Shown here: piece after piece, positions 47,701 to 59,700 of the stretch
Layout of the letters: every line of letters begins with the position of its first letter
Numbering within the stretch: the first letter of the stretch is position 1
Origin: Veleropilina oligotropha
Lineage: Eukaryota
Length of the DNA: 64,000 bases
Reading direction: 5' to 3'
Assembly: GCA_048128005.1 (NCBI GenBank)
Contig: JBEUKZ010000024.1
Coordinates: forward strand, 1 to 64,000
Notes under the pieces: generated by a model
What the model saw: only the letters and a program-made list of their open reading frames with translations
Told to the model about the DNA's origin: nothing
Databases searched by the model: none
Made by a program: the position numbers and the translations under genes

Positions 47701-50700
47701 CGGCAAGAACCTTGACCCCGACCTGGGGGGTGGCCCTGAGCCCGCCCTGTCTGACTACTACACACCGAGCGATGCCCAGAAGGGACGTGAGATCACCTTC
47801 ATCATCCTGGGGATGGCTGCGACCGGGTTGGTCGCCTACAAGCTCGCCTAATTATTTCCAGTGGACATTTTTTTCGTGTGCCAGGTATAGTAATGGGGCT
47901 CCCAGAAGAGCTGTACTGCGCTATGCTTGCGGTCGGCTATAGTACTACGTTACTCGACTGCTGGCGCCGCGACGAAAAGACTATGGTGCGGTTCGCGGTC
48001 CTGGTGCTCTCGGGCCCGACCAACCTACGGGCGACCACTGCGCAGCGACCGGCTCCGGAAGCTGAAGCCTGTTGGAGACTGATCAGTTTACTGGAATACA
48101 TTGCTGATGGATAGTAAGCTTGCGAGGATGTACTACAGCCCTAAGGGCTACTGGAAAGGCATTGCCGCGATAAAGAAACTAGCTGACGCTGCCAAGGCAT
48201 CTGAAGTGGAGGCCCGGACATGGCTTAAGAGGCAGGCTATATGGCAGATCTATTTACCTGCGCCACGGCGGATTCCAAGACCACGGTTTGACGTTACGAC
48301 GCCGAACGAGGTTCACCAAGCCGATCTCCTGTTTCTGCCCCATGACAAGGTCAGACACAAGACCTATAAGTACGCTTTGACTGTGGTTGATGTGGCCAGT
48401 CGCTTTAAAGAGGCTGAGCCTCTGGTCACAAAAGAGGCCAAAGGGGTTGCTGAAGCACTAGCCCGAATCTACAGGCGGAGTCCTCTTGGCTGGCCGAAAC
48501 TGCTTCAAGTCGATCCAGGGCGAGAGTTTATGGGCGCGGTTTCCCAGCTGCTGGCAAAGAATAACGTCGAGGTTAGGCGTGGCCGTGTGGATATCCATCG
48601 CGATCAGGGCATTGTGGAGCGCTTCAACCGGACGCTCGCTGAGCGGCTCTTCGGGCACCAGTATGCAACAGAGATGCGGTTTGCAGAGTCTGCGAAAGAG
48701 GGTCAAAGGTCAACTGAGTGGGTCGCCCGGTTAGCAGCTGTTGTTGCGGCCTTGAATGGGGAAGTGACCAGGCTGACCGGTAAAAAGCCCAAGGACGCCA
48801 TCAAGGCACCTCGCGTTGCCCAAAAGCCAGGCGCCACTGTTCCAGGCCGACAGGGGAAGGAACAGAAACTCCCCTCTGACGTAGATGTTCGCTACCTTTA
48901 CTACGATGGTGAGCTGGAGGGGGGTCATCGCCGTGCTACTGACCCGGTGTGGTCTCTAAAAGTTTACAGGCTTGGACGCTCCGTCACTAAGCCTGACGAG
49001 CCTGTGCTCTACTACTTGCTGGATGGACCACCGCGTGGCTTCGTTCGTGAGGAACTTCTCGTGGTGCCTCGTGATACCCAGCTGCCGCCGGTTCTCAGGC
49101 GTTAACAACCGCAAATCCTCGTTTCCGGTTACATTCCAGACACGTTAAGCGCACGTTGTCGCGGGTGTGGCCCCTGCTGTTGTCCACACGGTCGACACTG
49201 AACTGCTGTGTGTCCTTCGGGGAATATGCCCAGAGCAGCTCTATGTTGCATGCTGCGCAGCGGTTGTTTTGGGCCTCTCTGAGCCGCAGGATGTCGTCGA
49301 CCTTGAGGTTAAACCCCGGGAGTCCCGTTGCCTGGTCCTGGCGTTTGTACGCCACAAGCTTTTTCTGGATGGTCTTTCGGAGCTGTTGCTCGGTTTGGGG
49401 CGCTTGGGGGGGCCTGTCCTCAGAACCCTCATCCGGTGGACAGGTTACCCGTTCGAGCTGACGCAGCAGCTCCACCCGGGACACGGCTAGGTAGGCGAGA
49501 TTACTCCACTGAAGGTAGTCGTCGATGATCCAGACTTTCTGTGGGTCGTGAATCGTAAGACCCTGGCTCGAATGGATGGTCAGGGCATAGCCCAGGCGCC
49601 AATCCGGGGTCAGGATAGCCCGCTCAGCGGCCTCAATGGTGACCTCGACGACGTCGTTCAGAACTAGCTCCTCTCTGTCGCTGGTGCCCGGAATGGTTAC
49701 CATGATGTTCTGTTTTCTGCTGTCCCTGGGGTGGTACAGGATCGGGACATAGGAGTCTGGGAAGTGCTCCTTGTGCCTCTGGAGCAACAGCTCTTGAGCT
49801 CGTTCGCGGACCTTCTGACGGCTTGTGAGGATTAGGTCGCCGGGCTTCCAGGTGTTGACGAACCGGTCCCATCCGAGGCAGCTGGGGAGGGTCCGTCGCA
49901 TCTCGTCGCACTGGACTTTGTCGGGCTGGAGACGGATACGTCTTTTCAGGGCTTGGAGGGCAGGGTCGTCTTTCGCCCTGTAGTCTACTTCGATCTCTTC
50001 ATAGTAGTCCGCGGTCTTTCGCAGCCAATCGTGCGGCATCTCGCCCGTAATCGGTGGTGGCTGGCCTTGATCACCACAGCAGATAACCTGCACTTCGTGG
50101 CGGCCCAGCCAGTCCAAGAACATCTCTAGGATGTGCCGGGGAACAGTACAGACCTCGTCCCAGATAATGACGCGCGGGATGAACTTCTGACCCATGCGAT
50201 CAGGCGTCCAGTCGTTCTGGCCGCTCCATCGGAAGAAGCTGTGGTAGGTCTGGGCTTTGACGCCTCTGGTCCGCATCTCTTTAGCGAGGCGGTGGGTTGG
50301 TGTGAACACGACGGGATTCCTTGCCCGGAAGAGCTCGATCGCTCTCGTAGTCTTGCCACAGCCCCCTCCACCGTTGAGGTAACTCAGGCGATGGTGGGTC
50401 AGTGTGTCATTGTAGCATGGCGCGGTGCTCGGCTGGCTGGAATTGGCGGCACAACAATACTCTGGCTTGGGTAGGTATGCGGCATGTTCCTGTGGCATAT
50501 ACAGCTGTTCGCCCTTGTCACGCCACTGGGCTGGTGCTACTGGCGGAAGGTACGGCTCCGCGATCAGACATGAGATGCACGATTTCTCGCCACAGCCGCA
50601 GAGTCTGGGGGCAACGTACACCGTGACATCGTCGAGCTTCTCCAACGAGGCCTTCTTGAGGTAGATGCTGTCCGTGGCTACCCGGACGGCTTCTGCTGCA

Positions 50701-53700
50701 CTGAAACGCTTCAGCATGCTCAAGAGGTTTATGTGTGCATAGGCCAACATGGATGCCCTCAGGTGGGCGTACTGAGGCTGGGAGCCATCATAGTACGTGA
50801 GGATGTGCCCCATAGGGCATCTCTGAGGAGCGCCAACCAGGGTGCCGCTTTGGCGGGTGTCTCTTACGAGGAAGTCGAGCTCACCCTGGTCGGTCACCAG
50901 TCTACGAGTCAATCGCTTTCCGTCAGCTTTGGCGCCTTGGGTGAATTTGCCGATGATACTGCAGCCCTGGTCACGATCCGGAGGAAGCCAGACATCGGTC
51001 TGCTTTTTGAATGCGATGATGGCTTCTCGGATCTTGAGGCTTTTTAGCAGTCCAGAGTCTATGAGGAAGGCGAGCAGCGGGGTTGGTGCCCATCCATTCT
51101 CTGCAAAGTGCTTCCCGAACCATGCTACAATGACGGGGTGGATGTCTTGTGCGAACTCCCATTCCACGACCTCAGCAAACCCGGTGCCGATATCTTCGGG
51201 AAGAGGACCGTTAATTGCGACCCGGGTCATGCTGTGGGTTGGGTGCCCGAATCTTTCGAAGTACGGCTTAGCCTCGCCCTTCCCCAGAAAGCTTGCAGGG
51301 TAGCAGGATTTCATATCGATGCAGCAGACATCGCCCGTGTCGTAATTCATGGAATTCCACAGGCCGCCGTGGCCATGCTCTACACAGGCCTTCTGGATGT
51401 CATCGAGCAGGGCCGCTGGGGTGGGTTTCCAGCCGTTGGTCTCCTTAGCCATAATGCTAGCTGCATGGTTCACGCCAAAGGCTCGATCGGCTAGGGACTC
51501 GTTTCCCAGCGCTGTACAGGCTTCTTGGAGTATCTCGTGAGTCTCTTTTGTCCTGTACGTGCGGCCGTCCTGAAGCACGAACTGGTCCACGCCAAGCTGT
51601 CGGTCTTTACCGCCAAGGAGCCAGACAGCCAATGGCTCATTCTGGGTGGCTTGTCGGATAGCTTCCCAGACATCGCCCTCATACAGGTGGACCTCGCGAG
51701 ACTGCGGAAAGTGTAGGTCCTTGGACCAGGCGTGGCCGTTGTGACAGATGAGTTCTACTGGTCTATGCCAGCCCTGGTACTTCCCACTGCTGTAGATGTC
51801 CTCGCCGGCAATGTCTCTCAGTATGATCGCCCGTTTGAGGATCTTCTCGAGGGTAGCTATATCATCCACAGTGGCGCCTGTTACATGGACTCGCTCTTCC
51901 CACTCCAGTATTTTCTGCCGCCTTGTCGGGGTGAGTCCGTGTCCTCTAAGGGCACCTTCGAAGTGCTCAACCACTCGTTGGGCAACGCAGTTGAGGTCGC
52001 CGTTCTTCATCGGAACCAGGTTGGCGGGGTTTGGTTCTCTGAGAGGATAGACGCCGTAGACGACTGCAGTGACCGGGTAGGCATTCTCGTAGTAGACCTT
52101 GTCGACCCCAGTGATAGCACCCGGCTTAGTGTCCTGAGAGATCTCAAAGACACCCTGGCCCTTCTTCCTCGCAGCTTTCACCGGGTCAAACTTGTCTTCG
52201 ACCACCCAGTCACCTTCACCCCACTCACGCAAGAACTTTATTCTAAGGACATACTCGCCCTTTGGAAGGGCTGTGAGGAGCTGTGCCGCCCTTGCATCTG
52301 TCATACGGGCATCCAGGGCCAGCCGTCCAGCCACTTCTACCCTCCATGTGGAGAAAGCCGCCGCGGCGCCATCGACCTCAAACTCGTCTTTGGCGTCGCT
52401 CAAGAGTTCCACCCATGGCTCTTTTGCTGGGAGCCTTACTGGGGGAGGGACCTGGTCATCCAGGTCGATGAATCGTTGTCCCTCGGGTGTGGTAAATTGC
52501 CCTAGAAGATCCTTCTGGTAGTCCTGGGCTGTCCGGGGCGTTTTGGAGATGAGAAGATCGGGCCCCTTCCGAGCAATAGCATGGGCAAGGGTCTCTTTCC
52601 GAGACCGCTTGACGATTCGATCCGTGATGGCGCGAAGTGGCTTCAGTCGAATCCTGGGATTTTTCTCAGCCTGGGATTCGTATTTACGAGCCTGCAGGGC
52701 GGCGTCGACCTCGTCCTTAATCTGCCGCAACTCGCGAGCACGTCGGCCTCTTTTGTGGGGGTTCTCCACATCTCCACGTATGGAGGGGAACCTTCCCGTT
52801 TTCATCGCCCGCTCGAGTCTGCTCCGAAACTCCGCAGCACGGACCCTGGCGATTGCCCTGACGAGGTCGTGCTTCTTGAGCTTCGACCGAGCGGGAATCC
52901 CATAATCTTTCGCTAGATTGCGCAGGTCATCCATGTTGCTGGGGGGGTATACACTACGCCAAATCATTTCTCTAATAGGAAATTACGTGTGGTAGATTGC
53001 AGCCATGCGGCGAAACTCTCTCTGGAAGGCCCTTTTCTTTCGTTGCCAGTCCTTAACGTCTTCATTCTGATACCCACAACCCCGGCACAACGTAAACCGG
53101 TTAAAGACGCCTTTGCCGCATTTGATGCAGGGCTTTGTGCCCCAGCCATTTCGCCGTAGCCGAGCCAGGTGGACTTTGCAATACGTGTTCAGACATCTCT
53201 TACCACATAGCTCCGTGGAGCTGATGGTGAGCCATTGACAGGTGTCCGTTCCCCACATCGTATCCTTTGCATTGGATATACCCGTCCGATGGGTATGTCT
53301 AAAAGAGAGCCCGGGCCGGCGAGGGTTGTGGGCCGTCCCTACGGGCTCTTACTACATACTACTATATCGGCATGTTAGACGTTGTGTAGTTATACTTGAA
53401 AGCAACATGCCGCAGGAAGACATTCCTACGCTGTACAGCGAACGGAGCTTCAGGCGCGTTAAAAACCTCTTAAACCGGGGCTATAACGTTTTGATCGTTG
53501 TACTCGACAATGGTGAACAAGCGATATATAAGAAGAAGACCAAAGACGGTAGAAAGGGAGTTGCACGAAATCAAACGCTGGCGGGCCCTCAGTGATGTCC
53601 TGTAGCCTTCGCCGGGCTGCTATTTTGCCATTCTAAAAAGTCCAATCACCCCCCTGCTGACTATTCTAAGCTACCCTAGTTTGTACACACGGTGACTTTT

Positions 53701-56700
53701 TGTAATACAATCCCTACCCTCAGTCCCAAAATATAGCTGGGAGCCTTCCCGGTCGCCCCGGGGCCCTAGTCTAAACTCCCCTGCTGACTAGTCCGAGCTA
53801 CCCTGAGTTCTGAAATGGTGCTGGGCGCTGTATTTTCCCATTCTAAAAAGTCCAATCACCCCCCCTGCTGCTACCGGTCATATGACAATTAGACCGAAAA
53901 ATTGCATTTTATCTAGCGACCGTTATAAATCATAAAAGTATATCTCCCTCACCCAAGGCAAATCTTCGAAATATACAGCAGACTACAACTGGATGGAACA
54001 TATACAGCAAATTGGTACACCAAAGGCATATCAAACCAATGATTAGGGCAACATTGGCATCCAGGGTGACGTAAAAATTCCTCTTCGTTCTCTGCCGATA
54101 CATATACACAGCAAGCGTGAATGTTAACGACATGCCAATTGACATCAATGTTAAGACGATAACTCCCGTTGCCTCTCCAAACCGATGTCTCAGTGGTGCC
54201 CCTTGGGCGACTTTCTCAGAAACCAACATATCGTAAGCTTTTCGAAATTTGTGGGTAACGCATCTTCCACAGCGACCTTGGCACTCGGATCTCGCGATAA
54301 ATCTCTTACCATCATGGTACATTGAAATTCGCTTCGTATCCAAATATAAGGCTTTATTTGAATATTCTCCAACCTGCAGAAATATAAATGTGTTAGCAAG
54401 GATATGTTGAAACCCAATACAATATATAAGCTTAATAGGATATCACAACAGCATCATTAAAACATCTTAACTCTTTCACTGGTATCTAATGCAGTGTACT
54501 GATACACAGTGAAAGGGTTAATCAAATACATGACAGAATCTGACTATGGTGAATTAGTATTGTTAAAAGTTCACCCCAACCAATTGCATGGAATAAACAG
54601 TGCACAAGGGCTCCGGAGCAATGTAAACCTACTTAATAAATAATAATGTGGATACTTATATTGCGCTTTTTCCATGCACGAATGCTTGCTCAAAGCGCTA
54701 CATTATTATGCCCTGGTTAACGGCCTGTTCTGTTCGAGATTCTATCTCAACTCTCTATGCCATCTCAACTCCCTCTGGGAGCATTACAGTCATTTACACG
54801 CGGGTAGCGCCATGACTTACATACTGACAATTCCCTCACTGCCAACCAGGTACCCACTCAGATCTCAGATCGGCTGTATTAAACACAGAAGAAGGGGGAA
54901 TAAACAGTATATGTGTATAGGTCTTAAGGGACCTAGGCCTGTGCCATTGTTAGGCTTTGTTCACACAGAGTCAAACTCTGCGTGAACACACTCAAACAGG
55001 TAATCGGAGCAAAGTTTGAACCTCCAAAATACAGTTTAAAAGTTAAGCCGATCGATCAAACTCGGTGGGAACACTTGCGCGTGCAGAAGCCCTCGGCGCA
55101 GTTCTGATCTCACGAAAATGCTTTTGCCATTTTCTGAAATAATAGCTACTAACATAAACAATGTATGTTTGCCAGGATAACTGTTGTTTTTCTAGACATA
55201 AGTTTCTGAAGTTTATTCATTACACATCACTCTGTGAACACAGGTGCTGAATGTGTTCTTTTAAATTGATACAATACGTCAGAGGCTACTTTGCATATCC
55301 GTATTGCAGTATAGTGACGTCACGGCAGCATTGTCACTTCTCACGATCTGTCACGTGACTGCAAGTATCGCCATCTGCAACACTAATCAGCAATACAAGT
55401 TGTGAACAATTTTAAGCCGGCCGTTTTAACGTTTGGTGAGAACAACTGCATCGGATTAAATTTTACCGATAGACAAGTTCAAACTCGGTGGAAACACGGC
55501 CTAAGATTCCTGACAGTGACTATATAATAGATCACATGATTTGATGCATTCAATCAAAGGGAGTGATTTTCTATATATATATCGTTCGCGCTGGAAATGT
55601 ATTATCTATTACATATTATTAAAACATTCATGGATATAATTATTGATGCATAACACAAAGATATTTAATTGACTGGCTCTGGTTTTCATTTCACTATTAA
55701 TAACAACTTAGAAGAACCAGATACTGACTTACTTTTATATACGTATGTGATCTGTCTCCACGGCTTTGTAGATTCATAACGTAATATTTGCTGGAACCGT
55801 TTCTGTTATGAAAAACGAAGTCTTGGCCACCAGGTGCTTTAAACTGTACAGCATCGAGTTCGGCCCCAACCAGATGATGAATTTCATTGTTTGTTACTAG
55901 CTTCTCGCAGTCATCTCCCCTGGACTGGCATTTCTTCAAGATGGCTGATAAAGCGTGTCCATAAGCGAATACAGCATCGATCGTTGCTGCTGTGGAAAGT
56001 TGTTGTCGATATTCACCTGTATAATTAATCTTCATTTCGTTGCGACACGTTTCTCTGTACTGGGTGCCAAACATCGTATTGCAATGAAAATATCCTTCCC
56101 AAAATTCTTCAAAATACGGAATTCTTCTGGTGTCCTCGGTAACTCCAACATTTTTAAAAAATTTGGAAAATTCAGGGTTGTCAACCTGTTGTAGGACGAC
56201 AGAGAGTAAACCTGAAAAAGATATGTCAGCATCGATATGCGCATGCAAAAAGCCATGTATCACCAGTATGATTACTATAAATATTCTTATGTATGGGATA
56301 AACTGTAAATTTATAGCGTTGAATAGTATGGGATAAACTGTAATTGATAGCGTTGAATAGTTCAGAGAATACACTCCTGTCGAGGGCCGCGATGCCCAAA
56401 ACAAGAGTTATTCTTTGGACCATTCAACGCTATAGAGTAGTTTATGTAACTTAAAACATTTCACTATTGAACAATATCCCTACCAGGCGCATCTATTGAA
56501 GTTAATTGGAGTGAAATAGTTGAATCAAGTCTTTAATTGGAGTTTACTAGTTGAATGCCCGAAAAAGAATGCACTGCTGCGCCAAGAAAGCTTGATTCTT
56601 CAATTAAATAGGCAGAATAAACAACTGCCCAGAACAATACATGACGTCACAGAAAAGTTTTAATCAAGTATACTCAACCAAAAAAGAAACGCACACCCCT

Positions 56701-59700
56701 CTTTTATATAATTTCACTAGGATAACCATTTGTCAAAATTTAATAAATAATAAATGAAAGATAATTTGTCCTCCCCCCAAAAAATTTAAATGCAAACTGT
56801 CTGTACGTGCGCGCGTCCGTCGGCTCGTATAAATTATCTTTTTTGGAGCGTATATCATATTATATCTCATAAAACACTCAAAATATCTTTACGATATTTG
56901 GTGGTGGTATTAAGCAGTTGGTGAACTAGTACCTAATTATACTGTTGTGTGGCGATTAATATCAGAGTTATTCCCCTTGGAATTTCAATACACAATTTAT
57001 AAAAATAATATTAAAGATGCAATTCGTCCCCATAAGTGGGAATTAATGCCAATTAATCCAACACTATTTTATGTATTCTTTGCATAGATTTAAGCTGGTT
57101 TAGAGAAAATTTAAACTAAAATTACATAAATATTTGTCATATGATTTAGCCACTGATTGTTTTGTAACTTGTGAACCTAACGCGAAATAACTATACTTCA
57201 CATGGCCTCAAATTTAAACAAAGATGAAGATTGTTTCGGTATTAATTTAGTTCTCACCAAGAGCAACTGAATTCATTCCCTTTAGATGACCATCCAGTGA
57301 CTTCACTTCAGTGTGAGACACCCAGAACAAATGACCAGCGGTGTCCCTGAGTCTCGCTGCATTAAACAGATCCTCGATATCGGATTGCGTCGCAAACAGG
57401 ATGACCCCCTTCGCTCCTGGCGACAAAAATAGGCCATCGATAATCGTGTCATAAAATATCACGTCTTGTGGAGGAACATCCAATTTCTGTCTGGACACCA
57501 CACAGATGGATCTATCTGCCATCTCGTTTTCGAATTTGTCAGCCATGTCCTTCAGAGCATGACCGTCGCTGTGAATGAGCTGAATCTCCGTCCAACCCAA
57601 TTGCAGAACCAGTTGTGTCAAGATCTCCACACGGACCGTCTCAGAGTCCACGGTTCGGAACACATTGGAGTACTTTCCTCGATGATTAAGCAACTCTGTT
57701 GATGACATTGTAATCTGTAATGAGCAATACAATATAATTATTTATCCAAGCGGGGGCCGCAGGCCCCCGCTTGGGTATAAATTCTCTATATGGTACAACA
57801 TTGAGAAAAAACCTCCGTCCGTCCGTCACTGAACTCCTCCTAGAGTATTGACGCTATGGTCATGAAATTTTCAGGGTCATCAGGAATTACCAATGTGATG
57901 GTTTTCCACCCAAAATATGCATTTATTAAGCAAACATATGCATTTATTAAGCACTTTTATGCATTTCGTATATAGCCTATGTCTAATTTCATAGACCTAA
58001 ATAACAATGACGTCATTACGACGTCACCTCTCTAACGCGTCATGCTATTTACTAGATACGTTATACCATTGGAATCCGACGTTATTGATTCTGTAGCATT
58101 CGGCCCCGCTTGGATAATTCACGTTATCAAAGGTTAGTTCATTATTATAGATTTCACATAAAACGTTGTATGTCCTATTTTCGTATTCAGACCACAGCTA
58201 CTTTCATTGAAATATCAACTACCCTCAATTATCTATTATCTTCGCTATTGTTTTGTTGTTGCCGGCCGGCCAGCTTATTTACAGACACTTTGTCATGAAA
58301 GGAAACAGACAATTTGTGATTAATTTAGTTCACATATTATCCAAGCGGGGGCCGCGAGGCCTCCGCTTGGGTATAAATTCTCTATATGGTACAACATTGA
58401 GAAAAAACCTCCGTCCGTCTGTGGGGAAACTGTCGGCTTTCTCGCTATGGTCTGTTTCATGCCGTAGTGTTATACTATATAGGCCGGGTGTTCGCTATTG
58501 TTTTGTTGTTGCCGGCCGGCCAGCTTATTTACAGACACTTTGTCATGAAAGGAAACAGACAATTTGTGATTAATTTAGTTCACATATTATCCAAGCGGGG
58601 GCCCGCAGGCCCCCGCTTGGGTATATATTCTCTATATGGTACAACATTGAGAAAAAACCTCCGTCCGTCTGTGGGGAAACTGTCGGCTTTCTCGCTATGG
58701 TCTGCTTCATGCCGTAGTATATATACTATATAGGCCTGGTGTTCGCTATTGTTTTGTTGTTGCCGGCCGGCCAGCTTATTTACAGACACTTTGTCATGAA
58801 AGGAAACAGACAATTTGTGATTAATTTAGTTCACATATTATCCAAGCGGGGGCCGCGAGGCCCCCGCTTGGGTATAAATTATCTATATGGTACAACATTG
58901 AGAAAAAACCTCCGTCCGCCTGTGGGGAAACTGTCGGCTTTCTCGCTATGGTCTGTTTCATGTCGTAGTGTATATACTATATAGGCCGGGTGTTCGCTAT
59001 TGTTTTGTTGTTGCCGGCCGCCCAGCTTATTTACAGACACTTTGTCATGAAAGGAAACAGACAATTTGTGATTAATTTAGTTCACATATTATCCCGCTTG
59101 GGTATAAATTCTCTATATGGTACAACATTGAGAAAAAAATTGAGAAATTGAGAACAAAATATGCATTTATTAGCTACTGTGATTGAAATATCAACTACCG
59201 TCAATGGATTAAAAGGAGATAACCATATGGGGCACATGCACTTTAGTGGGCGCAGCCTTCCGAAGAACAGCACGTGCCACCATATAGAGAATATTGTATA
59301 TATAGAAGGCACGCGAAAAAAGTTAATGCAGCTCGACTGAATCCATGTTCTTACAAGGTAATAAATATTTACGAAAAATGTTGTGTGTGTTTCGGCGTAT
59401 ATTGTCTCTTTCCTTCCTTCACTTTTTCAATGATAAACAACGGAAACTCGAAATTGGCAATTATTTCCGATTCGGACCCCGCTTGGTATGCAGTTTTACC
59501 CCCTCCCAGATCTTGTAAAATTGCACGTCTACAATATAATTATTTATTAAAAATATAACTGCAGAAATCTTGACCAAATCTGTATGGATTAAAGACCACT
59601 ACAATTTCACCCAAAAATAAATGAGAGCGTGTAATGTATCAGTCTCAATACTGAATAGATTAATTTCATAGTTAACAAAAATTGTGCATTGGCGTTTTAA

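Larger units (their letters stand above)
37180..53872. mobile_element. Complete Polinton/Maverick-like endogenous DNA virus (16,693 bp)
   Basis: AG...CT termini, 144-bp TIRs, ACCGG duplicated at 37175-37179 and 53873-53877; integrase, ATPase, capsid-like and PolB-like genes; visibly GC-richer and gene-dense relative to host. Confidence 0.93.

Noticed and set aside
49095..50380. Helitron RepHel interpretation of the Pif1-like helicase
   Set aside because: No HUH Rep motifs seen; the helicase is fused to PolB motifs inside a TIR/TSD-bounded element with capsid genes
49156..52916. Many + strand ORFs, including the 257-aa ORF 51732-52505
   Set aside because: Antisense to the replicase in GC-rich DNA; no recognisable motifs
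37180..53872. Bacterial prophage or contamination (GC-rich, overlapping genes)
   Set aside because: Flanked by a TSD within a host intron; the rve integrase, A32-like ATPase and PolB gene set is typical of eukaryotic Polinton-like elements
58253..59064. Repeated ORFs (LLPAGQLIYRHFVMKG...)
   Set aside because: Products of the 250-bp tandem array; not coding-like
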